Shown: positions 1-44,021 of the stretch, one piece after another | How the letters are laid out: every line of letters begins with the position of its first letter | Numbering within the stretch: the stretch's first letter is position 1 | Source: Priapulus caudatus | Lineage: Eukaryota | DNA length: 48,619 nucleotides | Assembly (NCBI RefSeq): GCF_000485595.1 | Contig: NW_014577063.1 | Span: 1,010,822 to 1,059,440 of the forward strand | Reading direction: 5' to 3' | Position numbers and translations under genes: made by a program | The notes under the pieces: model-generated | What the model was told of the DNA's origin: nothing | The model's input: the letters and a program-made list of their open reading frames with translations, nothing else | Databases searched by the model: none

Positions 1-521
1 TTCTGGCGCGGCAGTTTCGGAGCTTGATGGGCGGTTATGTCCGTCCACGGGGTACCCATTCGGCATGAGGATGTTGACACCTGTTGGCTATCATTAGTTG
101 AGAAACTCAGGCGTTTGGCATTCACGCTAATATTTATTTGAATGTGAATCATCGTGTTTCTGGGCGTGCGGGAAGCATTACTTTCTCAGAAAATATCGCT
201 AAACGCCGAATGAAAATGTCACGTTGTGGCCTGTAAGCCGAAGGTCGGTGTAGCGGACCTTATTACAACTGAAATATTTAATTACGGCACGATATATATA
301 TATGCTATTCAGCGGCGTGGCCTACGGTATATATGCGGTAAACAACTAATACTGTTAATACAGATGTCAGTGGTGAGGGCTTGTGAAATACCGAAAGTTT
401 GAGGGGTGAAAACAACAGAAATGAAACAAACAGAAACAAACAGGAAAAAAACAATGGATGAGTGAACGAGACGAGATGAAATTATAGTGCGCAAACACCT
501 GGCAGCGGTGAGGGATATTAT

Positions 522-557
522 CAAGAGCGTATAAGGAAGCTTCTTTATACGCTCTTG
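522..557. mobile_element. 36-bp palindrome with 7-bp TSD (ATATTAT); putative P-superfamily excision footprint
   Basis: caagagcgtataaggaag|cttctttatacgctcttg (1 mismatch), flanked by atattat at 515-521 and 558-564. Confidence 0.65.
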
Positions 558-1656
558 ATATTATGCAGTGAAATCTTTCTGAGATTATTCGCTTTCTAAA
601 ATTGGGCTGTTTTTAATGCATAGGTGCGTTTTATAAGGCGCGAAATACGGTAGACGCATAACATGCATCGTCGTCATTAGTCGTCTTAGTTGTCATCGTC
701 GCGCTTCTGTATCATGCGTAACAATGTTTTAAGGCGTATGAAGCCAACATACGGTTGCACCGCACTGTTTTTTTTACAGCTACCAAAAGAAAAAGTGCTA
801 GTGATAAAGTAACATAAAAGTTCAATGTTAAGATATATTGAGATATAATTGCCGCATTCATGTATACGCATACGTGTAATGTATCCGTCCTTCGTCCAGT
901 CTGATGTTTCCTGTATGCGTGTCTAGGAAATTCAATGTCACGCGATGTTATTACAATTAAACACAACAACCTGTGATAACTGTAATAAAAAAGGCTATCT
1001 AATATATAAAATAACATATATTACGTGAGGCTAACAAATATACAACAAGCCACAGCAAAGAATAACGTTGGGCTATTGATGTAGGTACTCCATAAATGTA
1101 TACACGATATAATTTCACGCGGCGGTGCACAACACGATACGCTCTGTTCTAATTTCCCGGCTCTATCATCATCACCATCATAGAACGAAAAGAAAAAAAA
1201 ACACACACACAACACACACTCAGAACTGTCTAATTTAATGCAATTACTTTAATCGACCGACGAGAATTAGTTAATATAAATTGCGTTATTAATAATGATT
1301 CACGGGAAATGTTTTGCAGCGGCGTCGTTGTTGCGCTGTCGCTGACAGGTCCCGACAGTCGCATCGCATCTTTCCGCCAACGAGCACACAACGTGTCGCA
1401 CCGCTGTAAACAGCCCGCCGACCCAGTCTAGGTTAATATCGCTTTGCTCCACATTGCTTTTAAGTGGCTGTTTCTAACTAGCGCCGTAACTAGCATCTAA
1501 CTACTCGTCGTGATCAGCCGCAGATGTACTGTTCTCTCACAAAGAGCTATTTGTTGGAAACGAGGGGGACGGGTCGTTGCGCGTGCCCTGATTTTTTTCT
1601 TCTCCCGACAACGACGAGCCTGTACAATGAAATGCCGTGAGTCTACAACGCAGGGA

Positions 1657-1723
<67 letters not shown>

Positions 1724-2330
1724 TCTCTCTCTCTCTATCCCTATATGCCGTACTCGTAATGTAGGCGTCTCCATCGCCACCGTCGCACTGTTCGCATAGT
1801 GGCAGAAGATAAACGCAAAAACCCCGATCGGGGGATGACACCATGGACGTGATAATTGTGTTTGAGAAGCAATTCGCGCGCACACATCTAGCAAATACGT
1901 TAGCGGGTTAAATGCGCGAGGTCGCGACTTATATTCAGAAAACGACATTACTCGCACTTGATTTGCGTAAAATATTTCCGCCGGTCCGGTCTTCAAACTG
2001 GCGCGGTTTCACCGAAAAGACATAAAAAGGTACGCGTACATTAATATTTCTCTATATACTGTTGCGGAATATCGGATTGACAGGTTGAAGACTGGTAGCA
2101 GTAGCTGGAGTGTGACTTATCTAAGCGCTGTTTCTTTTCATGATCGGAACACACGCACACGATTACGTTTTAGTACGTAACTAAAATCAACTCAAAATTT
2201 CGCGAACCTAAGCATATGTATCTACGCGTTCGTGTTTTTCTCGGCTGTCTTTCGCCGGTTAGCTACAACGCATTAATATTTTGTTAGCAGCCGACGGAAA
2301 GAAAAATACACGAAACGTGCATAGAAAACA

Positions 2331-4923
2331 ATGTGCAAGGCGTACTGTGCACTTGTGCTCTCCGTAACGGTAAGTGTATGTTTATCTATTAAGGTGCGTG
2401 TGAACAAAATAATCTCAGACCTTAGAGTATACAAGCTGTCAATCATGCGTAGAAAAGTGGGACATGATAGACGTCCGAAGATCGTGAAGGCGAAATTTGT
2501 TTGCTATTAGTAGTAGCAACAAGGGTCCTTAGACTATAGTTTATGGACTTTTTAGCACGTTCTGGGTGGCGCGTATAAATTCCCTAATCTTTGTAATCCA
2601 AGTTCACCCTGAAATTTATGATGATGATGATGCCGACTGGTATAGATAACACGTGCGTAAATTACACACGCGGGCGCGATCGCAACGGGAGAATTCAGTT
2701 CAGCAACGCAAACAAAAAAACCAATGAACCAAGAAATAAACGCTGTGAGTCTGTGACTATACTTGCGAATTTGCTGGGTCAAGGTCGCGCGCCTGTTTCG
2801 AAGTGTCGAAGTGAAAGGAATGATCTATCGCTTATGTCGTTTTTTGGTTATTTAAATGTCGAAGCGTGACACGCACAAGCTGGAATCCGGGTCTCCCTGA
2901 AACACCCTATATAAAAAGCCTTCTTTATATGCTCTTGCCTAATTCTATTAAAATAGTCAAGCTCTAGCACGCCGCAGAAGTAATGTTTGATTGATGGTGG
3001 CTTACCCCCTACTGCGCCGATGTGTCCAGCTATAGATGTGCAGTGATCAGTCACGCTGGTTCGCCCTCTGGTTGATATACAAATTGATTACCACTTAAAA
3101 ATGTTACCCCTCGAAATCCTTTCTCTGGTAAGAAATGTCTTCACGTCCCTTACTTCATGCAGAATGATGCTGATACCGCGCTGCAGCAGGGAAATATGGC
3201 GATATTTGCACCCGAACAACACAGCAAGCGCGTAATTTCCATTGTCTATAATAGCAACCATATATACTAGTTATCACATCAGCATACGGAAGTCGTTCGC
3301 TCGTCTGTACGCACGCGTCGAAACGCGGTAACCACTTCTTAAATTATTGACACAGTACTTTGCATGCGTACTGTCGCTGATCGAGAGAGTAGCGAAATAC
3401 AGACGAAGTATTGCGATATTCGATTCTGATCATCCGCAAGCGTGTAGAGCATAGTTACTAACGCAGACATGCATATGAGATACACACGTGTAGAATAGAT
3501 ACTAACGCAGAAATGCCTATGAGATGCATGCGTCTAGAGTAATTACTAACGCAGAAATGCTTATGGGATGCATGCGTCTAGAGTATCTACTAACGCAGAC
3601 GAACGCTTGCCTCACACACAGCTTGCCCTGGCGTCGGCGGCCGGTGGATATGGAAGGGGCAACATCGGATACGGCGGATCCGGAAATGCCGGCTACCGCG
3701 CCGGCCTCAACGTCGGTCACGAAGGCGGAACGAACGCCGGCTTTCACGCCAACAACTTCGCCGGCCACTCGTCGGGCGGTCTGACGGGATACGGCGGAAA
3801 ACTGGAGCTGGACTACGGCGGTAAGCTAGCAATAGGCTTCAAGGGAGCCGGCCACATTTTCAGCCAGGGACTTGCCGGTAACCACGGCTTCGGCCAGGGC
3901 GGCAATTCGGCGTACGGGCACGGCAACGCCGGAGGTAACGCTAGGGGAGGCGTCTCCGGTAACGGACACAGCGGCGGATACGGCGGCCGCGGCGGATCCG
4001 GACTCGGAAGCATCCTCAATGACTTCAACAGCGCTTACGGCGGAGGCGGCCAAGGCCACAGCGGCGGGGGTCACGGATACGGGAAGGGCCACGGCTTCGG
4101 TGGAGGCACGGGAGGAGGCCACGGCGGTGGAGGCAACAGCGCCCACGGAGGCGGTGGTGGAGGCGGCTTCGGCGACGGTGGCGGAGAGGGAGGTGGAGGT
4201 GGCGGCGGCTACGGAGAGGTGTACGGAGGAGGGCACGCAGGAGGATACGCAGGTGAGGAGAATGAAATTAGTTATAACGTGTTCGAGTTAAATTTAGCAA
4301 CTGTCTCCTGCTGTAGAAACCGCCGGGGGGGGGCAGTTAAGACGCCTTCGAATAATCGTCGTATGGTGTACTATTGTTCTCTGGCTCGCGGCGACCGCTC
4401 TCTCCACCCTCTCTCTCGTCTGCTCTCGGACCCCTCCTCTCTGTCCTCTACGTCTCTCTCTTGTCTGTCTCTCTCTCTCTTTCTTTCTCCTCTCTCTCTC
4501 TCTGTCTCTCTGTCCCGTCTCTTCTCTTCTCTCTCCACCCTTCTCCTCTCTTCTGTCCTCTCTCTCTCCTTCTCTCCCCTCTCGTCTTCTCGTCTCTCTT
4601 CTCGTCACCTCTTCTCTGTGCTCTTCTCTCTCTCTTCTCCTCCTCTCTCCTCTTCTTTTCGTCCTCTCTCTCTCTCTCTCTCTGAGATCTCTTTCCTCTC
4701 TGCCATTCTCTCTCTCTGTCTCTCTCTCTCTCTCTTTTTATCTCTCTATTAATTTATATCTATAATTTGCCGTTGATGTTCTACAGGCGGCTTTGGCGGA
4801 GGATTTGGCAACGGCATCAGCGGCAACCATGGCGGCGGTCACGGCGGTGGCTATGGAGGTGGCTCAAGCGGTCTCAACGGCGGTGGTTATTCTGGTGGCG
4901 GCTCCTACAATAATGGCTATTAA
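2331..4923 (+). CDS. Secreted Gly/His/Tyr-rich low-complexity protein (268 aa), cuticle/structural-type; exons 2331-2369, 3622-4252, 4787-4923
   Basis: aaacaATG; MCKAYCALVLSVT|GTAAGT joins cag|LALASA (phase 0) to give a signal peptide; second intron GTGAGG..ctacag is phase 1; 807 nt in frame ending GSYNNGY-TAA; GGY/GGH-rich. Upstream UTR exon(s) are possible (donor near 2030, acceptor near 2287-2290). Confidence 0.85.
3456..3599 (+). repeat. 44-bp minisatellite, each unit starting TACTAACGCAGA
   Basis: TACTAAC at 3456, 3500, 3544 and 3588. Confidence 0.9.
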
Positions 4924-5598
4924 ACACAATAGATGCTCTTATGTTAGGAGTTTCAGTTCGGTGCCTTGCTGCACTTGCGCGAACTGCCTTCGTGCTAGCG
5001 TTGGTTAAATTTCTAAAATCGCGTTTGCGTATTCTCTTTTTGGTTTTTGATATACGTATACGCGGTCAGCGTTTCTGTTGTGCATTGTAGGGGTCTATAC
5101 GTGTCAAATCAAGATGCTCATGGCGGGTTTTTAAAAATTTGTGTTTTTTTCAAAATGAGTTTGTGTTGTAGAGTAACGTCATGATAAGAAGCACACTCTT
5201 TCTATTATGGCGCACGACGCGCACTGTGAGATGTTCGATTATATTTAGACAATCCGTGAATAACAGACCCTAATGTTTTATCATTCGAAATATCCGGCAC
5301 TGACTCGTTGCCCCGATGCTCAACATTTTGAAAACAGATTTAAGCATACAGTACCGAACCTAGTACAATAACGTTAGGGGGGAACTATGCGTACAGCAGG
5401 AACAAAATACCTTAGCAATAGAAGATGTCAAGATTGGTATTTGCGTTCGATGCAAGCGTCCGGGACGGCAATTCACCCGGGGCGAAATTTTGGAGCTGTT
5501 AACACAGTTATATTGAAGGGGAAAATAACTGGTGGCCTAGGCAGCTGTACTGACAATAGTCATCGAATGTGATGTGCTTGTTGCAGTACCTGGTTGTT

Positions 5599-5746
5599 TT
5601 TATTACGTGTTTTTTTATTTGAATAAATAAATAAATAAATATTTGTGTGTTATTATACTAAATGTTTAATGCGTTTAAAGAGGTTATTTTATAACCGAGA
5701 CATGAATATTTTATATAAAATTAGTTTCATTTTAAAAACATTTATT
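5599..5746. terminator. Cluster of polyadenylation signals for both convergent genes
   Basis: Plus-strand tandem AATAAA 5622-5639; minus-strand AATAAA (tttatt) at 5599, 5614 and 5741. Confidence 0.55.
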
Positions 5747-6381
5747 TGGCACTCATATCGAAAAGTTATAATTGTCTGGGGAGCGCGATGCTACATCGAA
5801 TTATAATCAAACTATAAAATGATACAATCTCATTACAAATGTCACACACTGGCATACATGTCGATACGCTTATAAGCCAGGATAAAATGTAATTGTATTA
5901 AAAAACTAGTTCAGTCTCTATTTGTTCGTTTGAAGCTCGCGTTGATAATCAGTATGTGAGCAATTACTAAACAATCTCCACGCACCCACGCATCAGTGTC
6001 GCCATACAACGGGAGCATTCACTGTAAAAATGCCACTTATTTGCGATAACGAATATCCCCAAACGTAAAACACATCACAACATTACATTTTTAAGCGGAT
6101 AAACGGGAATGCATCCTCGATAACCGAAGATGCTATGGTAGAAATAGTTGTATACAGATTGCTAAATATGCGAGTCTGGTACGAGTTGAGGAAAAAAGCA
6201 CAAGTACAATTACCCTATAAAATCAAGCGACTGGCTAAATAAATCATTAAAACATAATCATGGACTAACGATTAAGCAGTTTGCCGCAGCTCATAGTTTA
6301 AACAAACGCGTTTACAGGCACAATATACACGTATATAAGCATATTGTCATAAACGACCCCGACACATGTTGCTCCTCGTGT

Positions 6382-39111
<32,730 letters not shown>

Positions 39112-39265
39112 GATCCACTCTGTATCGCGTACCAGTGGGACCAGACGGCAGAATGACACGTCGCTTTGTGAACTAATCTTCAGGTTGCACTTGGAACTGA
39201 CCACTAGAGTCACTAAGGGGTGCTGGTATAGGGTGGCCTTCAACTGAAACACTTGATCGCTGCTC

Positions 39266-39299
<34 letters not shown>

Positions 39300-39982
39300 T
39301 TGCGAGATCATCCGCGTTATCTGATCGTGTTTGTTTAGGAAAAGGCGTACAATGTACAATGCGACGTACGCGTCGAGCTAAAGAGTAAAGGGAGAGAAAC
39401 GACTGACGCAATATTGGCGAGGACTCTACTTTCGAGTTGCGTATAAGGCCAGCACGGACCACCCTCTTTCTTCGGCTCTCACACGTGCAAGCGAGCACTT
39501 ATGGCTTTTTGTATTCGCTGTCGGTGTTTACGGGAGATGGTTGTCACGCTGATAGCGCGGACAGGACTGTTGTTATAGCGATCTCTCAGATAGATTGACA
39601 CGCCCGTGACAAGTTGGTGGTGGGCCGCTGCGCTCTTGCGCGCCTGCTCGCGCGGCGTGTGGTGGTGGTGGTACTGAGACGCAGCTTGTAAACAACCCGG
39701 GCGACAACGTCAACACGAGTCGCGTTACACAAAGAGAGTGTGAAGAGGCTGTACAAACAGCTCGCGGACGTTTCACAACGATCTGGTGCGATCATCTTCT
39801 CTATGCATGGTGGCCAGCATGCACGGAGGACAAACATGGACTTGCATGATCAGATCTATATAGTTGCTTGGATAAAGGGACGCAAGCACACGAGCGCCAT
39901 TTACGGGTCGCCCCGTAAATGTTGACTGGTTCCAGACATATTAATTATATTAAATATATAAATAAATATATATATATATTAT

Positions 39983-40081
39983 CAAGAGCTAATAATACCT
40001 AATAGGTATTATTAGGTACAATAGATTATATTACGATATATAGGTTATATAATTACGTATAATAGGTATTATTAGCTCTTG
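39983..40081. mobile_element. 99-bp element with 19-bp inverted ends CAAGAGCTAATAATACCTA and AT-rich filler; putative footprint (second copy 44736-44834)
   Basis: Inverted ends read directly; flanks atattat / atatcat. Confidence 0.6.
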
Positions 40082-41739
40082 ATATCATTTTATTTATATG
40101 GTTGTCATTTTATAGCCTAGCTAATGAAGAGAGATAATTCTCGAAAGTTTGCTGATTAAAATTTAACACGCTATTACATTTTTCTACGTTTCCTGGGAGC
40201 AGGCCCCCACCCCTAGAAGTGAGCGCCTCCAGCGCTCGTTAATCTTACCCCCCACGCCTATACATTAATTCCTAGCTACGGCCCTGCGCACAATCATCTG
40301 TCCTATGGCTTCATTAACCATCAAATGTATAAAAAGAATTGTTTTAAACGTTGTAACATACACACTCGATACGTTCGCAATTTCATTGATCATCGTTTTG
40401 AATGTGCATTAACCTCATGGAATACCGTAATAACACCTAATAGACGCATTGCTTTAGGAAATAATCGTGGATTGAAAATTTTAAAACGGTACCAAATGAT
40501 TAGATTCACCGATTGATGTAGTTATCGATACTTTTGGCGTGAGTCATACGGCTTCGTATGGCCTACGAACGCATAAGTGGTGATTGGTTATATTCCCTAT
40601 ACCTTCGACATGATAATATGGATGTGGAACACTTGGCTCCCGGTGCCGACACTCTTCCTGAAGCTTATCTGCCTCCCTGCGAATTCAGCGCTTGATGACA
40701 CACGTCTAAAACGCACTCGCGGGGGGGGGCATCCTTCTTGAATCACTGATACAAGATATTGGTCAATGCTCGTCACAGCTGAGCGTAATAATTTTAAAGA
40801 TCTGCATGAACATTGATTAGCGACAGTGCTCACGTAACAAGGTTGTCTCATGAAAGATCGTATTACAGAGTCCAGTATAAGAACTGGGTTGCAAGTCGCT
40901 ACTATGCTTGATCGGATGAGCCGCAAGTCTTACTAGATGGCAGGATTTTGTTGACATCGCGAATCTCACTTTCCATGGTGCTTGGATCCATGCTATCCGC
41001 GATGATCAAGGATTTCATAAGGTTCGCCAATGTTTCGGGTGATGCTCCATTAGGAGCGTTCCCAACTTTAATGTCATTAATGTCGTGCTATAAAAGAGAT
41101 ATAAAGGGGGTGAGCGGATCGATATAAATTAGATATCAAGGGGGGTTAGATATGAAATAGATATCAAGGGGGGGGGGGTATATATAACGCTATAAAAGAG
41201 CTATTAAACTTGCGCGCCTTGCTACTCTCCGTCACTTGGTCCCGTGACTGTGCAACTCACCTGAGTACTCGTCATGTCGTCTGATGACGTCATCCATGTT
41301 AGATAACTGTCCTCCTTCACGATCCGTCGTGTTTCACTGGCTTCGTCTACAGTCTTTCTTCAGTTTCCGCACAACTTCATAGGCTTTCATTGGGCTATTT
41401 AGGTGCAGGCGCTGACTCGAGCTCTATATATATATATGCACTGTTCTTTCGCTCATTCAGTTTTATCTTTCTGCGGTTGTCTTTGAACGGCGGTTTTAGC
41501 GTTAAGCGGTAACGTTCAGAACCTTTATTCTGCCGGCTTATCAACCTTCAGTTTTATCCAGCGGTCGTAAAGTCTCTTGCCAATTTTGACTCGTTCTTGC
41601 TTTTCTTTTTTTCCTCGGGTGACCTTAGCTGACACGAACTGTTCTTCGTAGTGGTTTTGAAACCCTTCCACGCTTCTCCAAGTCCTAGTGCGACGAATCT
41701 GTTCTTTTATTTCCTCGGAGAAATATAGTTTGATGTTAT

Positions 41740-41769
41740 CAGGAGTCTATCAATATTGATAGACTCCTG
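41740..41769. mobile_element. 30-bp perfect palindrome with 7-bp TSD (ATGTTAT); polymorphic; putative P-superfamily footprint
   Basis: caggagtctatcaat|attgatagactcctg; TSD at 41733-41739 and 41770-41776; homologous copy has a single ataacat at 46429-46435. Confidence 0.72.
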
Positions 41770-43953
41770 ATGTTATCGCATTACTATTTTCCCAACATGT
41801 AACAAGAGGTTGCTTACCTGCGAACTGAAGCAGTAATTCTAAAGCGGATGCTTGCAGATACAATGTTATAAACTGATCAGCAGGGAGCCACCAATGACGC
41901 AGACCAAGAAATTGTAATGCGCAATGTTGCGTATTTTTGTACGTATGAGTCATGACCATGGTGCTGCGATTATGTGTAAATATAGCAAATACTGTTGATA
42001 AAATGTGAGAAATGAAAATACAATTATGATTTTGAACCACTCTTTATTATTAAATTGCTGCTCTATACTTCCTAGTTTGCCGTTAGCGTGTCGATGTAAG
42101 CAAACACTTATATTTGAAGCTTGGCTCGGTATGATATATGAGATATGCATAATAAATGAGATTATGCCAAAAAATATTTTATTGTATATTATTCTAACCT
42201 AACTGCTATGAATTTTTGGGGTGTGTTTAGTGTTACAAGGAATTACATTTTAAGTAAAATACGTTTTTTAGACAAACGTACTTTGCATAAAAAATTTACA
42301 TGGTCATTTTATATATACTAGTAACCATCGTGTGAGCAATAAATAAGCGAGCTACTTCATACATGCATGTCTCAGTTATTCACATCACAATCATATTAAG
42401 AAAAATCTATTACACGGCACGTGTTAATGCTGGAAAATCTAATTCGTGCAGCTATTCGCGGGCGTTGATGTTATAAAGGGTTTAGGTACACAGCGGCGGT
42501 GTTTGCAAATACGTAGGCCATGCAGGTGCATTCCCCGTGAAAACAATTAGCACATTGATTGATTGCAAAGGTAATGGTCCTGCAACCGGTCCATATAATA
42601 ACCAATTGACACACGGCTAACAGTGATACATCATATGTCGAAGCTAGCACCTCAGCGGGCTAGTTTATATAGCGTGTATATACAGTCAGCATTCCACAGC
42701 GCCTAGAAGACTCATGACGCTCGTAACACAAATGAATCTATAAAAAGCATAGTCTTCAACGAAACATACTCGCACTGCTTATATATAGCATCCTAGCGTT
42801 CTATCGATTTGTGTTTCGATTACTATACAAACGCCGGCGTATATATACTTGCCGTTTCAGCGTGCCATATTGCATGGCTCAGTACGCCCAACGTTCTTTT
42901 GTACATTATACATCAGGTCCGGTCGTACTATTTCTTCTCATATTTATGTACCAGGTCACAGACATTTATGATGGCATATTGACTTACTGATAGAAATGAA
43001 TCGTTATTTACGCTCACGCACACAGACGTACGCACGCATTTACACGCGCGCTCGCGCACAGACACACACGTACACATATGTACACACGCACGCACACGTA
43101 TATACGCACACACACGCACACACACGCACACCACAAGTATGTAACCATGCACGTGAACTCTATAGACACGCACGCATATACACATTGGACACTAACCTAT
43201 AATAGTCAACATACATTGAAACGGCGCATATATCCGTCTGAACCCTGATATATGATTTAATTACGTGATATTAAACGTATATCACTACAGATATATACTA
43301 TATATATATACATATACAGTGATATATATATATATATATAAATTTTTGAAATATAGAAGCTCTGAAATGCCATTTCCAGCCATTTCAGGTAGGTTACATA
43401 CCTAAAACTCCCCAAATGGTTAAGCGAGTATTTTCTAATCTTAAGTTCCTATTATTCTTCACAGGTTTTTTTTGGCGTGGGGGGGGCAGCTGCTCCCCTG
43501 CCCCCTGCTAGCTACGGCCCTGGTGCGGTAAACCGATAATATAAACATAAATCGCATGCTTACTGGATGCAGAGCTAGCTCGACTTTGGCTATTGTAATG
43601 TGGTGTCGAAGTTGGCGTCTTGGCATTTTTGTAATCATATTGGGACAACTATAACCTGTTTCTGATATGACTCGGAGATGTTATTTGGCATAGGTTATAT
43701 TTTGCCGTTTGATGAGAACATTTTTGTTCCTGGAATTATTCGTAAACGACGGAAATTAACATGTTTGTTAATTTACGAGGAAGCAGAATCCGGCTAGATT
43801 CGGTTCTTAATTTGGACACCGAATCAATATAGGCCTAGTGAATAAAATTATGTTCTGTGTGGTTTTAACTGCAGATTTGAAATTGACATTCTATATTTAC
43901 CTTGACCATATTAGATCCTATACGTATTGCCTCATTCTTCGGTGCGCATATAC

Positions 43954-43995
<42 letters not shown>

Positions 43996-44021
43996 TACTA
44001 TATATATATTANNNNNNNNNN

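Noticed and set aside
3456..3599. CRISPR-like array (also 9042-9300, 30715-30880)
   Set aside because: Eukaryotic context; units are whole tandem repeats with no unique spacers.
3568..4752. 394-aa ORF as a single-exon gene
   Set aside because: The N-terminus comes from the 44-bp intronic repeat and the Ser/Leu tail from a CT-rich intron; the spliced model gives a signal peptide and a Gly-rich end.
39195..39450. Nidogen core promoter (TCAGT initiator-like motifs, weak TATA)
   Set aside because: Several equally weak candidates; cannot be chosen without TSS data.
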